Part shown: positions 25,386-32,874 of the stretch, piece after piece
Layout of the letters: every line of letters starts with the position of its first letter
Position numbering within the stretch: position 1 is the first letter of the stretch
Assembly: GCA_036389075.1 (NCBI GenBank)
Contig: DASVQO010000045.1
Coordinates: 1-42,358, forward strand
Direction: 5' to 3'
Length of the DNA stretch: 42,358 bases
DNA from: Chloroflexia bacterium
GTDB taxonomy: Bacteria > Chloroflexota > Chloroflexia > QHBQ01 > JADMIH01
Position numbers and translations under genes: made by a program
The notes under the pieces: generated by a model
Database searches by the model: none
Seen by the model: only the letters and a program-made list of their open reading frames with translations
Told to the model about the DNA's origin: nothing

Positions 25386-26960
25386 TTAAGGAGTTAGCAA
25401 CGTGCGTGCGTGCGTAACGAGCAGCGCATGCAACCAGAAGCGCCCGGTACTAAGGGGTTCAAGCAGTCCGCGATTCACTAGTACGCGGATCGTTGGCTTA
25501 GGATCGGCAACCTGCCAAACGCTGCGGAGAGCGGCCTCATCAAACGTCGCGGGTTTTGGCGCGAGCGCGCCCAGATAGGCAAAAGAGTCTCGGGTTGCAG
25601 GGTCCAGCAGGTCGGTGCTCTTCTGCAACAGAGCGGCCACAGTTGGGAGAGTCTCCTTACTTATCTCCGCACGATCCGCCGGTGCCTGGGCCTCCAACAG
25701 ACGTGCCCCCTCACGAATCTCTTCCAGCAAGGTGGCAACGCTGAACCCCAGTTTGGCCTCACTTTGCAGCAAACGTCCCGCAACCTGGATCGCCAGAGGC
25801 AGTCCTTCGAGGTCTCGCACTAAGGATTTACTTGCATCGATATCTGTGGCAACGACACGAGGGGCCAAAACCCGTAGCAGATCCAATGCTGCTGTTTCGT
25901 TTAGAACGTCCAGCAAATAAATGTCATCGGGCGTGGGTGCAATTGCCTCGGCGACCACCGGCAGCCGTGTCGTGAGAAGCAAGGCGCAATCCCGACCCCC
26001 AACCTGAAAGGACACCGCATGCGCTGCTTCCCAGACATCATCAACAATAAGCAGCCGCCGCTGGTTGCGTAACAGGCCTGCCAACCGGACCGAGGCTTCT
26101 TCAATGGTGCTAGCGCTCTCCAACTCGGGGTGGCCCAATGCCCGGCCCCAGGCAGCTAGCTCGGCAAAGATAGCGGGCTGCTGGCCGAGGGAAGCCCACA
26201 GAACGCCGTCCGGGAACATCCGTGCAATGTCCAGATCGTGGGCCAGTGCAGCCGCGAGACTGGTCTTTCCAACTCCAGGCCACCCCCGCACCGTGGTTAG
26301 GACGTGGAGCGGCCCTGGCGCACTGGTGGCTACACTGATCCCCAGTCGGGCTTTCAACTCGCGCAGATCTTCATCTCGGCCAAGGAGTAGTGCGGGGATC
26401 GCGGGTGCGCTCCCCGGTGCTATAGCAACGGGGGGTACGGAAAGAGTTACATCTGCCCGCAATATCTGGTTGCCGTAGTCACCATGTACTTGTAGAAATA
26501 CCGGCGGGAAGTCCCCAGATTGCTCCGACCGATTCTCCCTACGTGATGGGGCTCGGCGTGCCGTATGGATAGAGGCGTCAGAGTGTTTACTCTCGTACTT
26601 GTCTGCTACGCGGCAGAGGTGCTCCCAATCGGAAAAGGTTACCTGGGCCTTATAAGCGTCCTTAAACTCACTCACCAACTTTCGAATTTGAGTGAGGAAG
26701 AACTGCTGTTGGGCCGTTCGCTCCGTTGCGTGGCCGGTAGGCGGATCGCTTTGGTCCAGCAGTAATCGAGCCAGACTCGCCAGGTAGCCGAGGGGAGGCG
26801 TAATCCGCCCACGCTCATAGTTGCTGACCGTGCTAAGAGTAACACCATAATGCTTAGCAGCAGCATCCCTGGTCTCAAATAGAGCGCGTCGTAACTTTAT
26901 AGCCAGGTCTGCTGGCTCCTCGCCTTCAGCAAATTCCAGAAGCTCCCACTTGTCGGGCAT
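25386..26960 (-). CDS. XRE-type HTH fused to an NB-ARC/STAND P-loop NTPase (no repeat arm)
   Basis: 524 aa. The N-terminal HTH reads AAKHYGVTLSTVSNYERGRITPP. Walker A is GWPGVGKTSLAAALAHD and Walker B is RRLLIVDDVW. LLLTTR and EGLPLAIQVAG are NB-ARC hallmark motifs. The ORF ends right after the winged-helix region. A GAGGTG RBS precedes the start. Confidence 0.85.
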   Translation of the reverse strand: MPDKWELLEFAEGEEPADLAIKLRRALFETRDAAAKHYGVTLSTVSNYERGRITPPLGYLASLARLLLDQSDPPTGHATERTAQQQFFLTQIRKLVSEFKDAYKAQVTFSDWEHLCRVADKYESKHSDASIHTARRAPSRRENRSEQSGDFPPVFLQVHGDYGNQILRADVTLSVPPVAIAPGSAPAIPALLLGRDEDLRELKARLGISVATSAPGPLHVLTTVRGWPGVGKTSLAAALAHDLDIARMFPDGVLWASLGQQPAIFAELAAWGRALGHPELESASTIEEASVRLAGLLRNQRRLLIVDDVWEAAHAVSFQVGGRDCALLLTTRLPVVAEAIAPTPDDIYLLDVLNETAALDLLRVLAPRVVATDIDASKSLVRDLEGLPLAIQVAGRLLQSEAKLGFSVATLLEEIREGARLLEAQAPADRAEISKETLPTVAALLQKSTDLLDPATRDSFAYLGALAPKPATFDEAALRSVWQVADPKPTIRVLVNRGLLEPLSTGRFWLHALLVTHARTLLTP

Positions 26961-27016
26961 CCGTACACCTCATTCAGCCTCGCCGGATCGCTCGTTGCCC
27001 GTGTGATCGCTGACTA

Positions 27017-27040
27017 CTCCTTGCGCAAGGTTGCGCAAGG
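27017..27040. promoter_or_regulatory. Tandem palindromic boxes CCTTGCGCAAGG / TTGCGCAAGG (candidate HTH operator)
   Basis: ccttgcgcaaggttgcgcaaggtt contains the self-complementary octamer TTGCGCAA twice at a 10-bp period. It lies 57-80 bp upstream of the HTH-NB-ARC start, in the divergent intergenic region. Confidence 0.45.
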
Positions 27041-27181
27041 TTTCAGCACCCAGTAGTAGGATAGCAGTGCATGCAGGTGAATGGAGATCAGACGTACAGG
27101 AGTTGATCCGAGGTCCCACGAACTTTCACCACCTGCAAGCAACCTGAACCCGTCTCAAGTAGTCATTGTGGATCATTCACT

Positions 27182-27231
27182 CCGGAATGCGCTGAGCTGC
27201 AGATCATGCAGACCGGAATGCACTGAGCCGC
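27182..27231. promoter_or_regulatory. Two 20-bp direct repeats (18/20 identical) spaced 30 bp start to start
   Basis: ccggaatgcgctgagctgca lies at 27182-27201 and ccggaatgcactgagccgca at 27212-27231. They sit about 180-230 bp upstream of the candidate precursor start. Confidence 0.4.
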
Positions 27232-27413
27232 AAATCTAGCTACCGCACACGGGGCAGGCGGCCAGCAGGCTATTAACATCACACCCTGTTCACCTTAACT
27301 TGACACTAAGTGTATCACAGACACTTGTCGGTATCTCGGTGCGCAAGATATGGGCGACAGGTCAGTACAGGGCAACAACACCCTTAAGCTGTTCGAAACA
27401 AAGGAGAAACATC

Positions 27414-27632
27414 GTGAAAGTAGACCTTACACAACTCAAAGAGACGCCTCGTGGCGCGGGCAACGCGCTATGGACCGGTGCGCCGGAACGTACTGCGGCG
27501 ACTAACATGGACCAATACCTCTGTGGCTGCCTCAATAGCTATGGGGTGCCCCAGATCTGGTCGGGCCGCAGCCCAGAGCATGCAATAGCGTACGGCCATG
27601 GTAGTGCCACGTTCGCGATGCTTGGCCGTTAG
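27414..27632 (+). CDS. Candidate RiPP precursor peptide (72 aa)
   Basis: AAGGAG (27401-27406) is followed after 7 nt by GTG 27414. The product is MKVDLTQLKETPRGAGNALWTGAPERTAATNMDQYLCGCLNSYGVPQIWSGRSPEHAIAYGHGSATFAMLGR. It lies directly upstream of, and on the same strand as, the cyclodehydratase. The track shows a longer 110-aa version from 27300 that lacks an RBS. Confidence 0.45.
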   Translation: MKVDLTQLKETPRGAGNALWTGAPERTAATNMDQYLCGCLNSYGVPQIWSGRSPEHAIAYGHGSATFAMLGR

Positions 27633-27705
27633 GTTTAGATGCCGCCTGGATGTAGTGGAGCACCCATCCGCTGCGCTACCCAGGCGGCAGCAATAGAATG
27701 AGTCG

Positions 27706-27738
27706 GGTTCTGCTGGGACTTGCGTGCTCAGCAGAACC
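27706..27738 (+). promoter_or_regulatory. Stem-loop between precursor and cyclodehydratase (10-bp stem), plus a second one at 27640-27688
   Basis: ggttctgctg (27706-27715) pairs with cagcagaacc (27729-27738). tgccgcctgg (27640-27649) pairs with ccaggcggca (27679-27688). Neither has a U-tract. Confidence 0.5.
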
Positions 27739-27758
27739 CCTCGAAAAAGGATGGTGCT

Positions 27759-30251
27759 ATGAGTAACAATCAACAAATCAATGAGGTTCTCGATCTCACC
27801 TACTCTTCGGTCCCCGATCTTGAGGTTATCCCCATCGAAGAGGGGAAATGGCTTTGCCACTCTGCTACCGGCAGCGTTCGGATCGCGGGGCCATCCGCCC
27901 AGCCGATGGTGGAGGAGATCATGCCATTATTGAAGAACGGGTGTTTGTGGTCGACTCTACTGGCGCAGTTCCCCGGTCTGGAACCGGCCGAGTTGCGGCA
28001 GACGCTGAATGGCCTGGTGGCCAGTGGAGTCCTCAGGTGCACCGCTGGCTCGCCTCCCGACCCGGCGCCGACTCTGGCGCCTCTCCTGGCTCTCCTTGGG
28101 GGTCTCGATGTGCCAGCCGACGTTGCCGCATCCCGTCTCGCAAACGCCCGAATCGTCATCATTGGACTGGAAGGGATAGGGGCCCATCTTGCCCTGCTGC
28201 TCGCGCGGTATGGCTTGCGGCGCTTCGTTCTAGTCGATCCCTATCCGTGCCAGCCCGGCAACCTGCCGTTGCTGCCAACCGGAGGACTGGAGGCGCTCGG
28301 CCAACCTCGGCAAACATTGGTCGCCCAGGCCCTGCACGATACAAGCCCTGGCGGGAAGGACCTGGATATTACTCTCGGTCCGCCGAACCTTTCTCCAGAA
28401 TATGTGGAGCAGGTGGTCGCCGGTTGCGATTGCGTGGTCAGTTGTTTCGAACGTGGCTTTTCATCGGTCCATCACTGGGTAAATCGTGCCAGTCTGCGAG
28501 CTGGGGTACCTGCTGTGTATGCTGAAGCGCTGGGCCACCAGGGCTGGGCAGGGCCACTTGTCCTTCCCTACCGGACGTCCTGTTATACGTGCTACCGGAT
28601 GCGCGCTGTAGCTTGCGCCCCCGACATTACGGCTGCCCTAGCGTATGAGCAGCATACGGATGGGCAAAAACTGCCTCGATTGCACGCCCGCCCTGTCCTT
28701 CCCAGCCTGTTGCCTCAACTCGCCGGTCTGCTTGCTACGTCGGTCTTGCAAGTGGTACTGGGCCTTGACCCGCCAGCCCTTGCTGGACGGGTAATGGAGT
28801 GTCAGGCACTCACGCTTGTGGCAACGGTACATCCGGTGTTACAACAGCCCGACTGTCCGGATTGTAGAGGTAGCGGCCCAAGAGGCCCTGCTCACCCCAA
28901 CCTGGCAGAGTTACTGGCGGGAGGCGATTCAGCCGTCAACGCGCTAGAGATTGCTCCTGAATTGATAAGTCCCGAAACAGGTATCATCCGGGAAGTCAGT
29001 TGGTACGAAAAGGATGTGGCGGAACCGCATTTACCGTATATCTGCCGGGTGACGTTTGCGAACCACCATTTTAGATTTGAGATTCCTGCGGAGCATCTGA
29101 CCAGCGGGGGGAAGGGGCTTACTCGGGACGTTGCGCTTGCAAGTGGGCTGGGAGAGGCTATAGAGCGGTACGCAGCCGACTGGGTGGATCCAGAGGTCAT
29201 TATTTATGCCCGGCGTGCTGACCTCGATGGCCCCAGCATGAACCCTGTAGATCTCGTGCTCTACGCTCCTGAGCAGTACGCAACGGTGCCTTATCACCCA
29301 TACGAGGAAAGCAGCATCCTGGGCTGGGTCCGCGGGCGCTCGCTCGTGACCGGAGAGTCTGTGTATATGCCAGCGCTGGCGGTTTTCCTGGGCTACCAGG
29401 TCCAGCGTCCCGAGGAGCACCTGTTTCTGGTCACCTCCAATGGCGTCGCCGCCGGGGGTAGCCTCGTTCGTGCCATCCTGGCAGGCACATATGAGGTAAT
29501 CGAACGGGATGCCTTGATGATTACCTGGTTCGCCACCCTACCCGCCCGGCGCGTGGATCCGTCCACCCACCCGGATACCGAGGTTCGCGCCTTATGCCGC
29601 GCTTACCAACGGCGAGGGGTAGAAATAGGCCTGTGGCGGCTCCCTACCGATCAGCCTTGCGCCGTCTTCCTCGCCCTGGGGCTGCACCACGGATCCAAAT
29701 CGGAGCCTGCGGTAATCGCGGGTGCTGGCGCCGACCTGGCGCCGGCAGCGGCCGCGCGCAAAGCCATCCTGGAGGTGGGCCAGATCCGGCCATCATACCG
29801 GCGGAGCCTACGCCGTCCCGACGTTCGCGAACTCATGGAGGCCCTCGTCAAAAATCCGCAAAGTGTCACCACAATGCACGACCATGGGCTGCTGTATTGT
29901 AGTCCTGACATGCGCCACGCCCTCGGTTTTCTGCTGGACCAAGAGCCTGACGTGCAGGAGTGGGGGCCACTTACCGCCGGTGATCCCACTATGCAGTTGG
30001 AGCAATTGGTGAACCATTTCCGCACGACGCAGAGAGAGTTGCTCTATTATAACCTGACCCCGCCCGATCTTGCCCGGTTGGGGCTAGCAGCCGCACGGGT
30101 CATCATACCTGGTTTTCAGCCGGTTACCTTCGGTGCCGAAGAGCCGCGTCGGGGTGGAGCACGCCTCTATGAACTGCCACACCAACTCGGTCTAGCCGCG
30201 TCCCCGCTGATGCCGGAAGATCTAAATCCCTACCCTCACCCATTTGACTAA
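27759..30251 (+). CDS. Fused RRE / E1(ThiF)-like / YcaO cyclodehydratase (TOMM C-D fusion)
   Basis: I prefer the ATG at 27759 (AAGGA RBS) over the tracked TTG at 27720, which lies inside a hairpin. The region of about 27807-28043 is PqqD-like RRE (beta-strands, then ..LEPAELRQTLNGLVASGVL). The region of about 28137-28875 is Rossmann-like, with IVIIGLEGIGAHLALLLARYG and the CxxC pairs CYTCY and CPDC. From about 28962 the YcaO domain begins (SGGKGLTRDVALASGLGEAIERYAA). The C-terminus is proline-rich, ..LNPYPHPFD. Confidence 0.88.
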   Translation: MSNNQQINEVLDLTYSSVPDLEVIPIEEGKWLCHSATGSVRIAGPSAQPMVEEIMPLLKNGCLWSTLLAQFPGLEPAELRQTLNGLVASGVLRCTAGSPPDPAPTLAPLLALLGGLDVPADVAASRLANARIVIIGLEGIGAHLALLLARYGLRRFVLVDPYPCQPGNLPLLPTGGLEALGQPRQTLVAQALHDTSPGGKDLDITLGPPNLSPEYVEQVVAGCDCVVSCFERGFSSVHHWVNRASLRAGVPAVYAEALGHQGWAGPLVLPYRTSCYTCYRMRAVACAPDITAALAYEQHTDGQKLPRLHARPVLPSLLPQLAGLLATSVLQVVLGLDPPALAGRVMECQALTLVATVHPVLQQPDCPDCRGSGPRGPAHPNLAELLAGGDSAVNALEIAPELISPETGIIREVSWYEKDVAEPHLPYICRVTFANHHFRFEIPAEHLTSGGKGLTRDVALASGLGEAIERYAADWVDPEVIIYARRADLDGPSMNPVDLVLYAPEQYATVPYHPYEESSILGWVRGRSLVTGESVYMPALAVFLGYQVQRPEEHLFLVTSNGVAAGGSLVRAILAGTYEVIERDALMITWFATLPARRVDPSTHPDTEVRALCRAYQRRGVEIGLWRLPTDQPCAVFLALGLHHGSKSEPAVIAGAGADLAPAAAARKAILEVGQIRPSYRRSLRRPDVRELMEALVKNPQSVTTMHDHGLLYCSPDMRHALGFLLDQEPDVQEWGPLTAGDPTMQLEQLVNHFRTTQRELLYYNLTPPDLARLGLAAARVIIPGFQPVTFGAEEPRRGGARLYELPHQLGLAASPLMPEDLNPYPHPFD

Positions 30252-30263
30252 CCAGGAGGTACC

Positions 30264-31046
30264 ATGTTTCGCGAAATGTTTCCTATTGCGTGGGCCTTCC
30301 ACCGCAATACCTCAATTCCACCCTATCGACTAGGCGGTCCGGGCGGGCTGTTCCCTAAGGAGCCGGTCCCGCCGTTCAAGGAATACAGCACAGCCGAACT
30401 GGTACCGTTGCCCAGCCCCGGCGAACTGAAGACCTCCCTCGGCGCGGCGATACAGGAACGGCTTTCCTGCCGCCAGTTCGAGGATCACCCTCTGCCTCTC
30501 ACCACTCTCGCCACCCTGCTCCACGCCAGCTATGGGATCCAAGATCAAGTCCTCTTGGATGAGCACGAAGTGCTCAGCCGCCCGGTGCCCTCCGGCGGTG
30601 GTCTGTACCCGCTGGAAGTCTATGTCCTCGTCCGCAAGGTTCAAGGTCTCGATCCAGGAATCTACCACTATGCGGTCATAGATCACACGCTGGAGAGGCT
30701 CGATTTGGCACCTGTGCCGGCGCCACGGCTGACCGAGTTATTCTTGGGGCAGTCTTATCCAGAGGATGCGGCGCTTGTAGTGGTGATAACAGCGGTCCTG
30801 GGGCGTTCGCTAAAAAAGTATGCCGACAGAGGGTACCGCTTGGTGCTACTGGAAGCCGGTCATCTTGTCCAGAACCTGAACCTTGTAGCCACAGCCCTTG
30901 GCTGGGGAAGTGTGAACCTGGGCGGCTTTTTGGACGATGAGTTGGGCGCGGTTCTCGACCTGGATCGCGAGGTGGAGGTACCAGTCTATGCGACTGCGGT
31001 CGGCAAACCTCGAGGGACGAGCGCTGATGTCCTACGGCAAGCCTGA
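30264..31046 (+). CDS. SagB-type FMN-dependent dehydrogenase (nitroreductase fold)
   Basis: 260 aa. It starts 12 nt after the cyclodehydratase stop, with a GGAGG RBS. Motifs: IQERLSCRQF (RxSxRxF-type), PSGGGLYPLEVYV, and LLEAGHLVQNLNLVATALGWGS. Confidence 0.85.
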   Translation: MFREMFPIAWAFHRNTSIPPYRLGGPGGLFPKEPVPPFKEYSTAELVPLPSPGELKTSLGAAIQERLSCRQFEDHPLPLTTLATLLHASYGIQDQVLLDEHEVLSRPVPSGGGLYPLEVYVLVRKVQGLDPGIYHYAVIDHTLERLDLAPVPAPRLTELFLGQSYPEDAALVVVITAVLGRSLKKYADRGYRLVLLEAGHLVQNLNLVATALGWGSVNLGGFLDDELGAVLDLDREVEVPVYATAVGKPRGTSADVLRQA

Positions 31047-31096
31047 GGCCGGGCCTTGATGCTGTACTCGCCGCGGAGAAGTGCAGTGTTGTTATG

Positions 31097-31144
31097 GGGA
31101 ATGCTGGTTAGGCACTCTGCGAAAGATGCCTAACCAGCATTCCC
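31097..31144 (+). terminator. Perfect 18-bp stem with a 12-nt loop, 50 nt after the dehydrogenase stop
   Basis: gggaatgctggttaggca (31097-31114) is the exact reverse complement of tgcctaaccagcattccc (31127-31144). No U-tract follows, so intrinsic-terminator function is not assured. Confidence 0.55.
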
Positions 31145-31449
31145 GGTCTGAGATAGGGCACAAAGACCAACGTTGTGTTAACTGCGCTCTACAATCACGG
31201 CGGTACTAGGAGAGAGCAAATAACGTCGTATCTGCGGGAGTCAATCGGGGCAGGTAGATGGCGAGCCGACAAAATGAGCTGGGTATCTCAGCGGCTGCGC
31301 AAGTGGTCCAACTTCACAAGAAGAAGAGCACTCAGACTCCTATTGGCCTTAATGCTCTTCCTTCGTCAGCTGTGATATGTGCGCCTCCCAGCTAAATCGT
31401 AGCGAGGCCACATTAGGATCTTGGAACTCCCATCCTCGTTACCTAGTGA

Positions 31450-32160
31450 TTACCTATCGCTCCCGCCGCGCTGGCTACGCTCTGCTGAGGAGTCGCCGGG
31501 CCTGCATGCGTCCGCAGGGTGCTTTTGGGATTGGAAGGTAGGTTTCCGGCGCTTGGCAAGTTGCTCACCTTTAGTCATCCATCGGCAGTTCTCAGGCGTG
31601 TAATCCCCATCAGGGTCTCTTCTGCCCAAGCCGTATTCCGGCCCCGGCCTGGGTCGCATGTCCTCTAGGAACGCCTGGAAGCTCTCTCTCCAGCGCTCGC
31701 ATACCTTGATACCCCTGCCTCCATAGTAGGCGTAACCACCCGCTGTGGGTGTGCAGCAGCGCCGCTTCATTGACATCCACGCTGTATGCTCCGGCAAATT
31801 GGCAGTAGGCACACCGTACTTGTATGTCTCTGGGCGGCGTCTCGTGGTTCTGAGCTTGCGAGCGGCAGCATTGGCCTCGCGCTTAGCCTTCCTTCTTCGT
31901 TCCTCATAAACCTGGCCTTTAGGTGACCTACGCCACGCTGTCACTACTCTATTGAAGCGTTCCTTCTGTTCCGCCGACATGTTGGACCGCCTGCACTTGT
32001 TGTATTCTGCCAGGCATCGCTTGCACCTATGGTCTAGGCCGTCGCGGCTCCGTGCGTTACGGTGGAACTCTACCCGTGACTTGGGCACGCCGCACCTACT
32101 GCAGACTTTCATTTCTTGTAGAGAGGGACTGAGTCCATTAGGTTGTTCGTCCATGGGCAC
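31450..32160 (-). CDS. Phage-like Zn-ribbon / DNA-binding protein (family often annotated as HNH- or homing-endonuclease-associated)
   Basis: 236 aa. It has a CxxC...CxxC ribbon ([16 protein letters not shown]...[11 protein letters not shown]), a basic linker, then [26 protein letters not shown]...[26 protein letters not shown] recognise this pattern from phage and mobile-element ORFs, from memory. It starts with GTG at 32160 or ATG at 32154. Confidence 0.55.
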   Translation of the reverse strand: MPMDEQPNGLSPSLQEMKVCSRCGVPKSRVEFHRNARSRDGLDHRCKRCLAEYNKCRRSNMSAEQKERFNRVVTAWRRSPKGQVYEERRRKAKREANAAARKLRTTRRRPETYKYGVPTANLPEHTAWMSMKRRCCTPTAGGYAYYGGRGIKVCERWRESFQAFLEDMRPRPGPEYGLGRRDPDGDYTPENCRWMTKGEQLAKRRKPTFQSQKHPADACRPGDSSAERSQRGGSDR

Positions 32161-32874
32161 ATCAACTTAGGCTGCCTGGTACTCCAGGGGCCTCATCAGG
32201 TCTCCTTTACTTGCGATGCTTCCGGTGCTGTTGCTGTTGGCGAATCGTAAGGCGGGAGCAACAAACACAAAAGCCGCCCAGTTGTGGCGCTGGCGGCTCT
32301 CATGCGTAAGGAATAAAGGAGGGTTTGACTTCCCTTCCGACTTGATTGTAGCACACTCTATCCACACCCGGGTGCCAAAAGTGGCAATTGGGGTAGGAGT
32401 CGTGGTAGCGGTATGGCTGGCATAGAAGGGCCGTAAGGGTAGTGCCGAATGTATTTCTAGTGGGCACACAACTGGCATGACAGACTGCGAGACTTAGGGT
32501 GAGGTACTAATCCTGAAAAGATGCTACATCACGAAAGAAGCGCCCGGTTCTTAACCTGAGTGACCTGCCCCAGTTGCATAGCCAGCAATAATTAACATAG
32601 CAGCGTCCCCGTGTACACCTTGGTGCTGGTCACCGTAACCTCGGGATCCACGGGCACGTGGATAGGGTGCTCCACAATGCGGCCGGCTTGGCTGCCCACC
32701 ACATTTACTGATCTGATTGCGGTACCGAATCTGCGTTGATTACGACCTATACCGGGGTCCAATGGAACCGTCATAATCCGGCCCCGTGCGCTTCAATCCA
32801 TGGCCAACGAGCCCTACTTAGGCAAAGCTTCTTTGGACGGTGCTACGCGCTAGGGCTGCCCTTCCGAAGCTGGT

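Noticed and set aside
27081-27239. An alternative 52-aa precursor candidate, MEIRRTGVDPRSHELSPPASNLNPSQVVIVDHSLRNALSCRSCRPECTEPQI, with a Cys/Ser/Thr-containing C-terminus.
   Set aside because: No usable Shine-Dalgarno spacing exists, since AGGTGA abuts the ATG. The ORF spans the two 20-bp direct repeats in different frames, which suggests those are DNA signals. It lies 170 nt from the next gene. I did not discard it completely; it should be tested alongside the 72-aa candidate.
27300-27413. The longer 110-aa version of the precursor ORF, starting at 27300.
   Set aside because: The start is a TTG that is part of a TTGACA hexamer, and it has no RBS. The internal GTG at 27414 has a consensus AAGGAG 7 nt upstream.
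27468-27860. A 130-aa minus-strand ORF antisense to the precursor and the cyclodehydratase start.
   Set aside because: It has no RBS or motifs. It overlaps two better-supported plus-strand features and the inter-gene hairpins.
31175-31375. A 66-aa plus-strand ORF downstream of the RiPP operon, as a possible second precursor or immunity peptide.
   Set aside because: It lies after the 18-bp terminator-like hairpin, has a non-ATG start without an RBS, and gives a basic Arg/Leu-rich sequence with no Cys/Ser/Thr-rich core.
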